A stretch of 59,231 nt of DNA from the IMG/VR virus record IMGVR_UViG_3300032212_000006, positions 1-59,231 of that record, one strand, 5' to 3'. Under the pieces are notes generated by a model that was given only the letters and a program-made list of their open reading frames with translations, searched no databases and had not been told where the DNA came from. The translations under genes and the position numbers were made by a program. This document shows, piece by piece, positions 27,901-38,130 of the stretch; positions within the stretch are counted from its first letter, which is position 1; each line of letters opens with the position of its first letter. The DNA comes from a virus. Taxonomy: Duplodnaviria > Caudoviricetes.

Positions 27901-28380
27901 GGTGCTGTCATACTGAGCACCTGCAAAATCGCCTGATAGAATCAGTTGGTTGACTGCGTCTGTAATGGTAGTTGACGAATGATTTACAACAGTGTTGTCG
28001 CTGTTACGTGCGATAATATCAACTGCACCCCCGCTCGTATCGTCAATTGTAACCAGCTCGACTTCACCATCAGTTGCACCTGTTATCGTAGTGTCTGTGC
28101 CTAACGGCGATCCAGTCAACACCTCGTATTGAAGCGTTGTGCCAGTCAAGTCTATAAGTCGTGCAGTAGCGCCAGAACCAGTAAACGTGATGGTCTGATT
28201 TGCGGTAGCGAATGCAGATGTGACTGTTACGGTAGACTGATTAATGTTGCTGTAATCTTGCCCGTTGGCACACTCAGCTGCAAGTGCGGCATCTCGGCTG
28301 GTATAGGCATTTGCCCAATCCCAGCCTGTGCCTGAACCCGTAGCCAGCGGATCTGCATACTTTTTTACGTCAACTGTCAT
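24925..28380 (-). CDS. large fibre/adhesin-like virion protein
   Basis: 1151 aa; possible beta-helix and LamG-like segments (KLYVDD...SLGA); C-terminal ~15-aa S.DS.L repeats. Confidence 0.7.
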   Translation of the reverse strand: MTVDVKKYADPLATGSGTGWDWANAYTSRDAALAAECANGQDYSNINQSTVTVTSAFATANQTITFTGSGATARLIDLTGTTLQYEVLTGSPLGTDTTITGATDGEVELVTIDDTSGGAVDIIARNSDNTVVNHSSTTITDAVNQLILSGDFAGAQYDSTKSELSVGNATALTIDTDYITLRNFQILWAPTTNSRRAISWTGTGKMIRRNMLLKCAATGGNYIRGIYWANGDLDDFNVIELDIKRGSNDYIASYNGSTNKTHRQYNCIQDNCYRGLWNNSSVATVAKNGAYNCNVTSGGTGTVTFTNCATAAGTGTNPVTVSDFNDPDYYHNRFQGVFSLAWQSALVGAGVGSSVDADVPSEDIFGNSRPAAATTDIGVHYDATQTTSTPLIELAFNESSGAVCENNYDSRLNAVVGEVLTVTNTSAAQSEYQMYSEDGTYAYIGGQTTPSVVQKSLDLATTHETNSTPYSGLPTSPNTPNAIGGGTAVTGLLYVDVGWYSGASWSNMTIAAYDTTLAGLPLDHYIDCTAEKFAMSGVAIDVAGDEALAVSYSYGSHVWRYDLTAQTYSGVIDLDIRIHCNGAYHEASSDTMYHVAKNQSGTLGAERIFQFDMAGAVIGSWCDPVAGEVEDIHIVSGSFKYNSFAAKRIYTSTKPAAPTRTAGSLHLSEQYYVDVFAKIPDECTICLGIKATTFKANNTLIDSHLGSSSWFADINASGVLSFNISGAAPVTYTLPSATTEYKVVITIEGSGVNRTVKLYVDDTLRDTQTQTWTAPPAEWWSLGAGNSNNTDSDVELFYFMFDNYAYSATEVTDYTPPALPIVSRSINLSLNSIVQSQLVLSASLDSRLMLQGVSTTSSVDSMLSKLISTSANTDAMLRDSLNLISSIDSRILNTLLNNISVDSMLQSNTSVSSNLDSILSASFTINSAIDSILESNEFSNASLDSMLQASLLTTTSVNAILSGGSVVFTDVSSLIQDVAQLISTLDSLVQQSKTITSTVDSILTLSGNNINTSIESVLQNVISTTISTDGVLQIANNLSSLLESIIVANINTSTSLNSILQKSMYSISSVDSVLQLSQSLNTYIDSVIITAHSVLSSIDSLISKSTFTYGNLDGIIIQQILSGVLSVQLISDETRTQSLTDESRTVSLLTI

Positions 28381-28438
28381 TTGATAGCTGCCGAGCTTAT
28401 ACTAATTACCACTTTAGATTTCTCCATGTATATATTTT

Positions 28439-28467
28439 ATATTACTACATATTTACCTACATGTACA
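28439..28467 (-). promoter_or_regulatory. promoter TGTACA-N17-TAATAT
   Basis: Matches the phage promoter family. Confidence 0.65.
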
Positions 28468-28530
28468 CACCGGGATAATATGTGTTACTCTACTATTCTC
28501 CTAATAAATTAACTAGTAAGTTTATACTAG

Positions 28531-28737
28531 TTATTCTTTAGTAGGTTCTTTATTTGATATACCTTCTATCTTAAGCATAGTAGCTATCATAAGATCTAAA
28601 TCTTGAAATCGTTTACGCTTATCTTCTAACTCTATTCTAGCCATCTCAATCTCTACAGCTAAATTAGCTCGCTCATTAGCCAAATTAGTCTTTAAATTAA
28701 CTAGTTGGTCTTTAGTACTGACTTTACTATCACTCAT
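28531..28737 (-). CDS. coiled-coil hypothetical protein
   Basis: AAGG SD; heptad pattern. Confidence 0.55.
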   Translation of the reverse strand: MSDSKVSTKDQLVNLKTNLANERANLAVEIEMARIELEDKRKRFQDLDLMIATMLKIEGISNKEPTKE

Positions 28738-28753
28738 TATATTACCTTACATA

Positions 28754-29071
28754 TTAAATTATTACAGTTTCGAAAACTTCATTACCTTCTTCGTCTAATT
28801 CATAGTCTCTTAGAGCATGTATGCAAAAAGATACGGCGCCATCCGTTTCTGCTATCAGTTTATGGGCCTTATGTTTCTTTATGTTGATGACGTCTCCCTG
28901 ATGGTATATCTTATCCGGCTCCCCTTCCACAATAACCCTGACAGAGCCACTGCCTACCAGATGGGCATGATCAAATTTATGAACATGCTGCAACATAAAA
29001 TCACCTTTACCTGCGGTGTACATGATTGTCTTTATGGCTATGTTATCTATTTGAGTTGTTTTACTTAGCAT
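28754..29071 (-). CDS. cupin-fold protein
   Basis: HVHKFDH...GSV...GDVINI...H cupin motifs. Confidence 0.75.
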   Translation of the reverse strand: MLSKTTQIDNIAIKTIMYTAGKGDFMLQHVHKFDHAHLVGSGSVRVIVEGEPDKIYHQGDVINIKKHKAHKLIAETDGAVSFCIHALRDYELDEEGNEVFETVII

Positions 29072-29074
29072 GGT

Positions 29075-29407
29075 CTACTTAATTCCTTTCATAGCATTAA
29101 GTTGTTGTTTAGTGGTCGCATTCATAACAGAGGAGATAGGAACAGATAGACGTTCCTTAGCCATCTTCGTTTTTTCTTCTTCAATCATCTTATCTATCAG
29201 TTGTATTTTTTCTCTCTCCAGTATCATATCGTCATTTCTAGTAGCATTTAGAACTACTTCTCCATTGATATAATCAAAACAGTAGTGACCAAATGTATTC
29301 TCTATAATAGGTGCCATTTGTGTATCTGTTATAAAAATAAGGTCTCCTGAGTCTTCTGGTAACACATCCTTAATAGAGTTATCTGTATTTAATATTAAGT
29401 ATGGCAT
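29075..29407 (-). CDS. tail-fibre-associated hypothetical protein
   Basis: Immediately follows the tail tip protein. Confidence 0.5.
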   Translation of the reverse strand: MPYLILNTDNSIKDVLPEDSGDLIFITDTQMAPIIENTFGHYCFDYINGEVVLNATRNDDMILEREKIQLIDKMIEEEKTKMAKERLSVPISSVMNATTKQQLNAMKGIK

Positions 29408-29416
29408 AATAATTTC

Positions 29417-32400
29417 CTATACTAATTTGCCAGGCAGTAATAAAGAGCTTTGAGCAACTTGTAATGTAACACTTGCAGACATAGATCCGTCATTGCTTGT
29501 TTCGTATCCATAAACTTGAGCCTTTTCTCCAGCAGAAAAGACTAAATCTTGTTCTACGTAGATTGATCCACTTACAGTAGCTGTTCTTAAAGTCCCATGT
29601 GTTGAACCACTTTTGTAAATTCTAGCATAAGCAGTGCCGTTATTTTTACCTTCATTGAAAGTGAAGATTAATCCACATCTATAAGTTCCAGATTTAGTAA
29701 TCATAACCTCCCCTAATTTTATCATTCCTGTGTTACTTGAGTTGCTTCCTCCAAACTCATCTCCATATTGATACGCTCCGACTGTTATGGCTGGAAAACT
29801 GTCTGGACCGATCTCACTTCTTTTAGTAAATACTTCATTCCACTCATTGGAAGTAGAAATTAAGGATCCATTAGACTCTTTCTGCCTTAAATACATTCTA
29901 CCGTCTTCATTCATGGTAATAGCACCTGGATAGATAAGTGTTAACGCATCATCTAAGTAATTATGTGTTGGCGCACTACTACCTCCTCTTCCGGCTATCC
30001 ATATGCCTGCTCCTTCAAATCCAATTCCATCAGTAGGGTATACTGCAAGGCCATATCCTCCATTATACTTTATATCTATACCACGACCTATACCGTTTGC
30101 ACCCATAGCTATTTCTATCGCTGCACTATTGGTAGTAATATCAGTATCAATTATTACGGTTGATTCTAACCCATTACCCGCAGCAAGACCGCCATTAGGG
30201 TATATATGTAACGCTCTATCTCTACACTCAATCTCCATAGCGTGCGCTAAGTAAGAATCAGTAGAAACTAGCATAGTAGTAAATAAAGGTTGAGATTCAT
30301 TAATAGCCCATAACGCAGGTTTAGTATCACTGGAACTACTAAAGTATCCAGCGATAGAGTTAGCTGTTCCGTTTTGAGCACTTATTAACGCGTCACCATC
30401 CGTTAATGTTTTCTTTCCTACACTGGCAACTACAGCTCCACCTACATATACTTGAAGTTCATTAGCCGTTCCATCAAGCTCAACTCTTGTAGTAGCTGAA
30501 GAAGTTCGTACAGTACCACCTGTCACTGTAATGCCATCTATGGTTCCTGCTGTGATAGCTCCTATATTAGCTGATAACGACGACAACGTAGATACAGTTA
30601 TTTCATTTGCTGTTATGGTACCTGATAGTATCTGTGATGCAGTGATAGTATTAGCAGCAATCTGTGATGCGGTGATAGTATTAGCAGCAATCTCTAACGC
30701 TGTTACAGTATTGGCTACTATTTTATTTCCATTAATACTACCTGCGTTAAATCTAGTATTTGCCTCTGCTTCAGTAAAACTACCTGTTAAATTTGAACCT
30801 ATAACTGCACCTATAGTGGCAGCGTCTTCAACACCACGATTAAGAGTAAACGTTTGTAACGTACCTGGAGCCGCATATACTTCACCTAAATATTCGCCTA
30901 ACTGCCAAAATTTCAAAGAGGCTGACGCGTATGTTCTTAATATACTTAGCTCGCCTATTAATCCGTCAAATGATTGTAAATTAACATATATATTAGCGGT
31001 ATCAGGACTAGTAGACGTATCTATATATACCTTAATAATAGACGATAAATCATCCCCATTGAAATCTAGTTGAGGAGTTATGAACGCTTCAGCAGGCGTA
31101 GTATTAGTGAATGTCATATTTACTTGAGTTTTAATATTCTCAAAACGACTTGACGCACCGAAAGCTAACCAACCTACTAAGTTACATGTTGAATAAATAC
31201 TAGTTAATTGTATTTGCGCAATTCTATACCATCTATCCGCAGTGGCTGTATCATTATTTATTTTAAAGGGTACTATCTCAGCTATTCCAGATGCTGCATT
31301 TATATCTATACCAGTATACTTAGTGTAATCACGAATGCTGGAATACACATTTAGTAATGATTCATCTGCTGGCTGACTTACTATATTAGCTCCCCAAGTA
31401 GCGCCTACAGTCGCTCCATCATCAGGTAAATTCTGATTGACACCTACAAATGACTGTAACGAATCTATGCCTCCTGTACCAGATGTTTTGGATCCTCTAG
31501 CTACTAAAGCGTCTGTAGCAATAGGCGTAAACGCATACCCAGTATTAGCGTTATTTACCGCTTGCCACGTATTATTAATAGCGTTATATATCACTATACA
31601 AAAACGCAATTCAGTAGTGCTGTCTCCCCAATCAGTGGATACTCCGCCGAATCTGGCGTGAGGCGCAGTATTAGTATACATTATAAAAAACGTAGTAGCT
31701 GTAATAGCCGCCTCATACGGAGTGTATAAAGTAGTATCACTAGTTCCTAGTGCGCGTTTAGTTCCATCAGGATGATAATACGTATTACCTTGGATTCTTA
31801 TTTCGCCATCATTGGCGCTACCACCTGCTATAACATTAGAGGTAAAGAATACATTACCGAATCCTCCTATATTAGACGTTGAAGGTATTAAGTTATCAGT
31901 AACGTTTACCAGAGTACTACCTTCATTGGCATTTATATCTGATATAGATGTTGGTGCATTAGTTAAATTAGAATAATCAGGCGCATTAGGTCCGCCCAGT
32001 ATACCTGCAGTAGCACTAACTGGGAACCAGTTATTGGAATAATGTAGAGTAGAATCCTTATGTATAATCCAGTAATATAAGTTATCTACAGTAGCATGAA
32101 CGAATGTACCTTCTGAACTTGTACCTACGAGAATAGCAGACGCTCTATTATTAGACGCGGACGCATGAACTTCAGTTATATGGTAATCAAGATCAGGAAT
32201 AGAGTTCCACGTAAGTCTAACTGATCCAGTCTCATTATTAACAGCCATACCTGTAGGGCTTGTAGGATTCTCTGTCTTTCCTTGAACGTTAACAGATCCA
32301 GGCATATCAGCGCTTGAACTATAGCCTGCAGCGTTAGTAGATAGTACACGTATGTTATACGATGATCCTACATCTACGCCTGTTATTTTATACGATTCAG

Positions 32401-33988
32401 CATTAGAGTCATACAAGGTAACGGCTGTTATAAATTCTGAATCAGTAGTCTTCTTATATAATACTGACTGAGACTGTAAATATGTAGGCGCTTTAGTCCA
32501 CGTAACTGTTATACCAGGTAGTATTGTGCCATCTTGAGATTCATATAGATCAGCCGTACCTGCTGTAGCATTAACAGACGTGGCTACACTCATAGACGTA
32601 TAATCAGGTAAGCTAGACGTTGGAGGTATTGGATACTCATTAGGTAACGACTGATCGTATATTGTAGCGAAATACTCTTCTACTACTACGCGAACCTCAC
32701 CTTCTCTAACTTGAGTAAGTGATACTATTCTAGCCTCTTTACTAGTCCAGCCAGGACTAGGATGCGTTATATCAACAACATCCCCAATACTACATTCAGA
32801 CGCTTCTATAGTAGATGTAAATGCCGCTCGTAATAGGTTTCTAGAACGTCTAAGTACAAACGAAGCTATATCAAACGCTCTGTATATATCTGTAACGCCT
32901 GACAGCTGTATTGTAGTTTCTAATAATCGTCCGTTGTCTTCTGTCCTAAATGCAGACGATTCAGCTATTACATAATTTTCCCTGTAGTCATATTGAGGAT
33001 CTGGAAACGTACACTTAACTCTATTAAATCTATTCTTTAAATCAGCTGAAGATATATTCCATTTACCTAACATATTGGATTCATCGAATGTAAAAGTAGA
33101 CGCAGTCGCCTTTTCTAAACTAACTTTGAATTGGCCGTTTTCAAAGACTAAAGAACCTCTACATGTAGCTAGAATGAGTTTTATATTATCAAATATCCTA
33201 GTAGCTGGATTAAGTATGATATCACACGTATATCTAGTGTGAGCAGGTCCACCTGAGTAAGACGTAACAGAATCATTACAGTATGCGGCCTCGTCTAAAA
33301 ACGACTGTAAATGTATTTCGGTGCCAGATACACCTAAACCGTATCTAGTATTAGTTAAGTAATTATATAATACGTTTATTGGATTATTGCTATATATGGT
33401 AGTAGACGTTATTAAATCATATATCTTTAATCCTTCAACTACAACTTCAAAATTAGGTAGCCCTCTCCAAAGGTCTTTCTCCCAATCTAACTTAATAACA
33501 AAATACATTGTGCCATCGAGTCTATGCGCAACTGTCCATTCAGGATCCGTCATAAGAGTCGATGACGTTTCGGGTATAGTACCAAGATGGTTTTCTACTG
33601 TTACTGCAGTAGCAAATTTAGAATCTGTAGATATGTCATCATCTATGTAAAGGTCGGTAATGTTACTGCCTTCGCCCTCACATATTACAGCTACAACGTA
33701 TAATGAGTCTGACGATTCATATGCGTGTATTATATTTACGCCCACTCTACGTGTTCCGTAAATAATTTTTATAGGTTCAGATATTGACGAAACGTTTACA
33801 AAGACACTATTTATAGGGTCTTCTATACCTAATAGGCCAGTTATAAAGTCTTGAAGGTTTTGGCCAGCATCTTGTAACTCATCTACAAACCCGTCCCAAT
33901 CTAGTTCTAGTAATTCACTGCCGGCGTCTAGTATATTTTGTCCGAATCCACCTACATCATCTTTAAAATCACTCCAACTATAACCCAT
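29417..33988 (-). CDS. tail tip / host-specificity protein (gpJ-like)
   Basis: IIYGTRRVG, ICEGE, SNNP..LY.YLTNTRYGLG, FN3-like segments, ITASQIAANT repeats. Confidence 0.88.
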   Translation of the reverse strand: MGYSWSDFKDDVGGFGQNILDAGSELLELDWDGFVDELQDAGQNLQDFITGLLGIEDPINSVFVNVSSISEPIKIIYGTRRVGVNIIHAYESSDSLYVVAVICEGEGSNITDLYIDDDISTDSKFATAVTVENHLGTIPETSSTLMTDPEWTVAHRLDGTMYFVIKLDWEKDLWRGLPNFEVVVEGLKIYDLITSTTIYSNNPINVLYNYLTNTRYGLGVSGTEIHLQSFLDEAAYCNDSVTSYSGGPAHTRYTCDIILNPATRIFDNIKLILATCRGSLVFENGQFKVSLEKATASTFTFDESNMLGKWNISSADLKNRFNRVKCTFPDPQYDYRENYVIAESSAFRTEDNGRLLETTIQLSGVTDIYRAFDIASFVLRRSRNLLRAAFTSTIEASECSIGDVVDITHPSPGWTSKEARIVSLTQVREGEVRVVVEEYFATIYDQSLPNEYPIPPTSSLPDYTSMSVATSVNATAGTADLYESQDGTILPGITVTWTKAPTYLQSQSVLYKKTTDSEFITAVTLYDSNAESYKITGVDVGSSYNIRVLSTNAAGYSSSADMPGSVNVQGKTENPTSPTGMAVNNETGSVRLTWNSIPDLDYHITEVHASASNNRASAILVGTSSEGTFVHATVDNLYYWIIHKDSTLHYSNNWFPVSATAGILGGPNAPDYSNLTNAPTSISDINANEGSTLVNVTDNLIPSTSNIGGFGNVFFTSNVIAGGSANDGEIRIQGNTYYHPDGTKRALGTSDTTLYTPYEAAITATTFFIMYTNTAPHARFGGVSTDWGDSTTELRFCIVIYNAINNTWQAVNNANTGYAFTPIATDALVARGSKTSGTGGIDSLQSFVGVNQNLPDDGATVGATWGANIVSQPADESLLNVYSSIRDYTKYTGIDINAASGIAEIVPFKINNDTATADRWYRIAQIQLTSIYSTCNLVGWLAFGASSRFENIKTQVNMTFTNTTPAEAFITPQLDFNGDDLSSIIKVYIDTSTSPDTANIYVNLQSFDGLIGELSILRTYASASLKFWQLGEYLGEVYAAPGTLQTFTLNRGVEDAATIGAVIGSNLTGSFTEAEANTRFNAGSINGNKIVANTVTALEIAANTITASQIAANTITASQILSGTITANEITVSTLSSLSANIGAITAGTIDGITVTGGTVRTSSATTRVELDGTANELQVYVGGAVVASVGKKTLTDGDALISAQNGTANSIAGYFSSSSDTKPALWAINESQPLFTTMLVSTDSYLAHAMEIECRDRALHIYPNGGLAAGNGLESTVIIDTDITTNSAAIEIAMGANGIGRGIDIKYNGGYGLAVYPTDGIGFEGAGIWIAGRGGSSAPTHNYLDDALTLIYPGAITMNEDGRMYLRQKESNGSLISTSNEWNEVFTKRSEIGPDSFPAITVGAYQYGDEFGGSNSSNTGMIKLGEVMITKSGTYRCGLIFTFNEGKNNGTAYARIYKSGSTHGTLRTATVSGSIYVEQDLVFSAGEKAQVYGYETSNDGSMSASVTLQVAQSSLLLPGKLV

Positions 33989-34548
33989 TATTTACCCCAT
34001 TCCAAATCTGTTATAGCTTGATCAGCAAACTCAAACCCTAAATCTCCTGGAAAATATACTTCTTGATCATTTTGATTAGTTCTTCTACCTGCCGTACGAT
34101 TAAAATCGGATAGAATAGACGCAGCGTTCCATGTTAAGGTAGACGTTGATGAGTCAATGTCCTCTTCAAGCTTAAAACCTGTATTTCTTCCAGTAAACAA
34201 AACATACGGATCATTAACTAGTGCATAATTAACGTCCAAAAATGCTCTAGTTATTACGACTCTACGATCTATAAAATCATTATTTAGCGCCTGACCTACA
34301 CTACTAGTGTTAACTCCAGAAAAGGTTATAGTTACTGACCCTACTTGCAACTGAGATGTCTCAGATATATTAGTAAAACCTAAAAAATCGCCTAAAGGTA
34401 GATAAGTATTAGAAGCGTATGTTACAGGAAATGGGCTATCAGTAACATATATAGTAGTGTTTGAAAATTCCATTTCCAGCATGTGTAACATATACATACG
34501 ATCTTTTGCCATTTCAGCTTTAGCATCTAAATGTATGGTCTTAGGCAT
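33988..34548 (-). CDS. minor tail / hub protein
   Basis: Position; RRTN..Q..FPGDLGFEF...WGK C-terminal motif. Confidence 0.75.
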   Translation of the reverse strand: MPKTIHLDAKAEMAKDRMYMLHMLEMEFSNTTIYVTDSPFPVTYASNTYLPLGDFLGFTNISETSQLQVGSVTITFSGVNTSSVGQALNNDFIDRRVVITRAFLDVNYALVNDPYVLFTGRNTGFKLEEDIDSSTSTLTWNAASILSDFNRTAGRRTNQNDQEVYFPGDLGFEFADQAITDLEWGK

Positions 34549-35148
34549 TTAAAAATCTTCCATCATATCTATAGATAAATCGTATATTAATTGTGATTTG
34601 GCTACATACTCTAATTTATTACTAAGCAATTTAACTGTAAACGGCACATTCTCTACTGTAACTGACGACAAATCAGCTGGAGAAGCTACTACTGGAGTAT
34701 TAAGTACTACAGTGGCATTTCCAGATACATCTGAATTTACTGTAGCAAGATTCGTATACACTTTAGAATGGTTGTCAAACTTTAAAACATCGCCAGGTAA
34801 CAGTAATCCTGATTCATTAGGAGTAAAACCAGATAAGTTTATATCCGTACCTACTTGAGATGCTCCAGACACTATTGGCGTACCTAATATAGATCCTTGA
34901 GGTACAGCTGTATCAGAAGGTATAACAGTAAACGCATCTGCATTACCTTCTTGGCCTAGTAAAAATGCATACATTATCATAAATTGGGCGCGGGCCATAT
35001 TAGAGTACTTAAACGATAACATGAATTTTTGTGACCCTATTATTCTGGCTTGCATACGTCCGTTAATAGTAGACGATGTTAGTGTTGGTCTAGTACTCTG
35101 TAAACGTATCTCCTTAGGTCCAGGAGTTGTAGGTAATTGTCCACTCAT
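34549..35148 (-). CDS. distal tail (Dit-like) protein
   Basis: Directly after tape measure; LLPGD..F..HSKVY. Confidence 0.7.
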   Translation of the reverse strand: MSGQLPTTPGPKEIRLQSTRPTLTSSTINGRMQARIIGSQKFMLSFKYSNMARAQFMIMYAFLLGQEGNADAFTVIPSDTAVPQGSILGTPIVSGASQVGTDINLSGFTPNESGLLLPGDVLKFDNHSKVYTNLATVNSDVSGNATVVLNTPVVASPADLSSVTVENVPFTVKLLSNKLEYVAKSQLIYDLSIDMMEDF

Positions 35149-37799
35149 CGTAATGGGCCTCCATTGGCACCACGTTTATCATACGCCCTTTGAACCATTC
35201 CTGTTATATTAGCCTCTTGACCAGCTAATACAGTTCTAACACCTGGTCCGTCTAAAGCATTAATCTCAAAATTTATATTAATCTGATCGCCTGTAGGCAT
35301 GCCTGATGAATCAAACGTTTGCCCGTTCGTATTATTTTGAGAAGCATTAAACGTATTATCAAACGCAGGTATCGTAGGTGTAGGTACGGCTACAGCTCCG
35401 CCACCGGATGACGTTCCACCACCGCCTAAAGACGTGCTACCAAATTTGGTGTTACTTAATATGGCTAAATTTGCAGCACCTGCTGTCCATACGACACCAG
35501 CCATTATAGGTCCTAGTATTGGTCCTAATTCTAACGCTTTAGTTGCGCCTACAACAGTACTAACTATAGTATTAGCCATACCTGCAGCTTTATTGAGTTC
35601 AAACATTTTACGACTATGTTGAGCACTTTGAGCTGTTAATCCTTGTATCTGGCTAGCTAAAAATCCAATTTGTTGAGTTGTACTCATCTGCTCAAATCTC
35701 ATACGTTCCATAACGCCTTGAGCATGTATATCACCTAATCTAGCTTGATGCTGTACCTGAATGGCTTCAACTAATTCATTTCTATCTGTGTAACTTAGAA
35801 GCTCATTTTGAAACGCTGTCTCGATAGCCATTTGTCTACCAGTTAGAGTTTCATCTAATAAATCACGACCAGCTGAAGTTAAGTTACCTAAACTGCTTAT
35901 TATGGAATTAGACTGTGCTGCAACAGCTTGGAATTCTTGATTTTGTTGATTCATAAATTGAGCATTTACTTTATCAAATTCTAATTTAGACTCCGTATAC
36001 GCTTGTAATAGTACTTGTAATTTCTCAGCTTGTTGTAATCTAGCTTCAACAGGTACATCAGCGTCAAATGAAGACGCATTAACTATAGCTTCTTCGTATA
36101 TAGACTGAGCCTCAATCATTTTATCTTGCATTAACTGGTATTTTTCACTCAATGTATCTATGGACACTACCAATTGTTCTGTTAATAATGCTGAATCTAC
36201 CATGGCATTTACAGCGTCATTCTTTATCCCTTCAGAAAAATTAGGAGTTATAGCTGTTGCATCACCGACTGTAGGCGCAACGGGTGCTGAAGGTAGAGCA
36301 CTAATCATATCTATAGGTTGTAAATTACTAGTTGCAACACTAACACCTTTAATAATATTTTCCAAATCAGTCATTCTAGATACGGCAGCATCTATAAGCT
36401 TAGTATAGTGTTCCCAATGATCTAAATCTCCTTGAGAATCATCACGTAAATCTACAAGTCTGTCTATTTCATCTCCTACGGATTTTAATTCATCTTTTGC
36501 TGCTTTAATTTGCGGTGTATCAGGAACAAACATATTTCCTAATTTAGCTAGACCACGTATGCCTGCGGCTAAAGTATTGAATTCAGGTATAACGCTAATA
36601 ACCGTATTATAAATCGATATAAATCCATTCGCTATACTTATTATAGATTGCTCTAATCCGTCATGAGTAATTTTTTCTACCCATCTAGTTACGCTAGTAA
36701 CAATGGAATTCATGACTTTAGCTATTACATTTACAATCTTTTCATTCTTTAAGAACTTATCTGATATAGTATCCAATAACTGAATTATGCTATTTAATAC
36801 GCCTGCGTCAGCTATAGACGCTGTAAAGGTCCACCAAGTATTAAGAAATCTATTAATACCAGCTTGAGCTAAGTCAGCGGCTCTTACTGCTGCATCGCCA
36901 AACACTTCGTGTAATGCTTTACCAAAATTGACCAAGAATTCTGACGCATTAATAGTACCAGCTCGTACTGCGTCTTCAAAATCACGCATACTCATTCTCA
37001 TACTTCTAGCGGCTATAGCCATCGCTCCTGGTACACGTTCCGCTAACTGCAATCTCAATTCTTCCATTGAGACCTTACCTTTAGACGCTATCTGCTGCAA
37101 TGCTAAGAATACGCCGGTAACCTCTTGAGAATTAAGGCTTAAGGCTACAGATACTTCAGAGAACGCTGTAAATATATCACGTATATCCGCTCCACTAATA
37201 GAATCCTTAGCAGCAGCAAAGAATTTTGCAAACGGAGTAGCAGCAGCTGTAATCGACACACCTAACCTATTAGATACATCTAATAAACCTTGTAATTCAT
37301 TTTTAGCCGCACCCATAGACCCTGTAATTACAGATAGTGTAACAGTAAGCTTCTGAAGTTTTAGCCCTGCATTTACTACTGCATTAACGGCTCCGAATAC
37401 TCCTACAGGTCCTAGTAACGCTATCAAATGTGTAAATTTGCCTAGCACCCCGTCTATGGCTCTAACTAATTGATGACGTATTCTACCTGCTAAAAAACCT
37501 ATAGCTTTGCCACCTACTGACGCCAGTGAGGAAAACGCACGCGTTAATAATCGTATTGAAGATGATACGGCCTTTATTGCACTAGATAGCGATGCAAAAG
37601 ATGAAGATATTGTCTTAGTGGTTTTGATAAATGAACTAGATGCGAACTTATTTAACTTATCAAAATCTGATTGAATTTTCTGATTGGCTTTGAGTATATC
37701 ATCTTTAGCACGAATATACGCACTAGACGCTATTTTGGCGCCTTCCTTGGCTTTAGTAGCATCAATGATTACTTGAATTATAGACTTTTTATCGGCCAT
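35145..37799 (-). CDS. tape measure protein
   Basis: ALQQIASKGKVSMEELRLQLAERVPGA tape-measure domain; 884 aa, helical. Confidence 0.92.
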   Translation of the reverse strand: MADKKSIIQVIIDATKAKEGAKIASSAYIRAKDDILKANQKIQSDFDKLNKFASSSFIKTTKTISSSFASLSSAIKAVSSSIRLLTRAFSSLASVGGKAIGFLAGRIRHQLVRAIDGVLGKFTHLIALLGPVGVFGAVNAVVNAGLKLQKLTVTLSVITGSMGAAKNELQGLLDVSNRLGVSITAAATPFAKFFAAAKDSISGADIRDIFTAFSEVSVALSLNSQEVTGVFLALQQIASKGKVSMEELRLQLAERVPGAMAIAARSMRMSMRDFEDAVRAGTINASEFLVNFGKALHEVFGDAAVRAADLAQAGINRFLNTWWTFTASIADAGVLNSIIQLLDTISDKFLKNEKIVNVIAKVMNSIVTSVTRWVEKITHDGLEQSIISIANGFISIYNTVISVIPEFNTLAAGIRGLAKLGNMFVPDTPQIKAAKDELKSVGDEIDRLVDLRDDSQGDLDHWEHYTKLIDAAVSRMTDLENIIKGVSVATSNLQPIDMISALPSAPVAPTVGDATAITPNFSEGIKNDAVNAMVDSALLTEQLVVSIDTLSEKYQLMQDKMIEAQSIYEEAIVNASSFDADVPVEARLQQAEKLQVLLQAYTESKLEFDKVNAQFMNQQNQEFQAVAAQSNSIISSLGNLTSAGRDLLDETLTGRQMAIETAFQNELLSYTDRNELVEAIQVQHQARLGDIHAQGVMERMRFEQMSTTQQIGFLASQIQGLTAQSAQHSRKMFELNKAAGMANTIVSTVVGATKALELGPILGPIMAGVVWTAGAANLAILSNTKFGSTSLGGGGTSSGGGAVAVPTPTIPAFDNTFNASQNNTNGQTFDSSGMPTGDQININFEINALDGPGVRTVLAGQEANITGMVQRAYDKRGANGGPLR

Positions 37800-38074
37800 T
37801 ACTTTTTATCCAGTGTACTTTTAACTTTTTCACTTTTATATGTAAGATACGCTTCATCTAACGCAAATATAATACGTAAAAACATATCTCTATCATACGG
37901 CTTATAAATATCTAAATAAGCCTTTATCTCCGATAAAGGTATTGGTCTCTCAAAAGTATCCGTAGGCCTCCTAGATGATAGTATGTTAAAGGCATCAACG
38001 TAGTACTTAGACGTTTCAGGGTAAAAAACCCTTTTTTCTAACGCCTCAGGCGTGATGCCATTATTTTCTTCCAT
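37799..38074 (-). CDS. tail assembly chaperone, frameshift extension (gpT-like)
   Basis: Frame is open upstream (ITAPLIWNLEWG) into the -1 frame of the preceding gene; F..LS..R...PIPLSEI..Y. Confidence 0.75.
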   Translation of the reverse strand: MEENNGITPEALEKRVFYPETSKYYVDAFNILSSRRPTDTFERPIPLSEIKAYLDIYKPYDRDMFLRIIFALDEAYLTYKSEKVKSTLDKK

Positions 38075-38130
38075 CTCCTCTAAAAAATCTATTTGTCCGC
38101 CCCATTCTAAATTCCAAATTAATGGAGCGG

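Noticed and set aside
24925-33988. Diversity-generating retroelement or invertible fibre cassette
   Set aside because: No reverse transcriptase, invertase or template/variable repeat pair seen.
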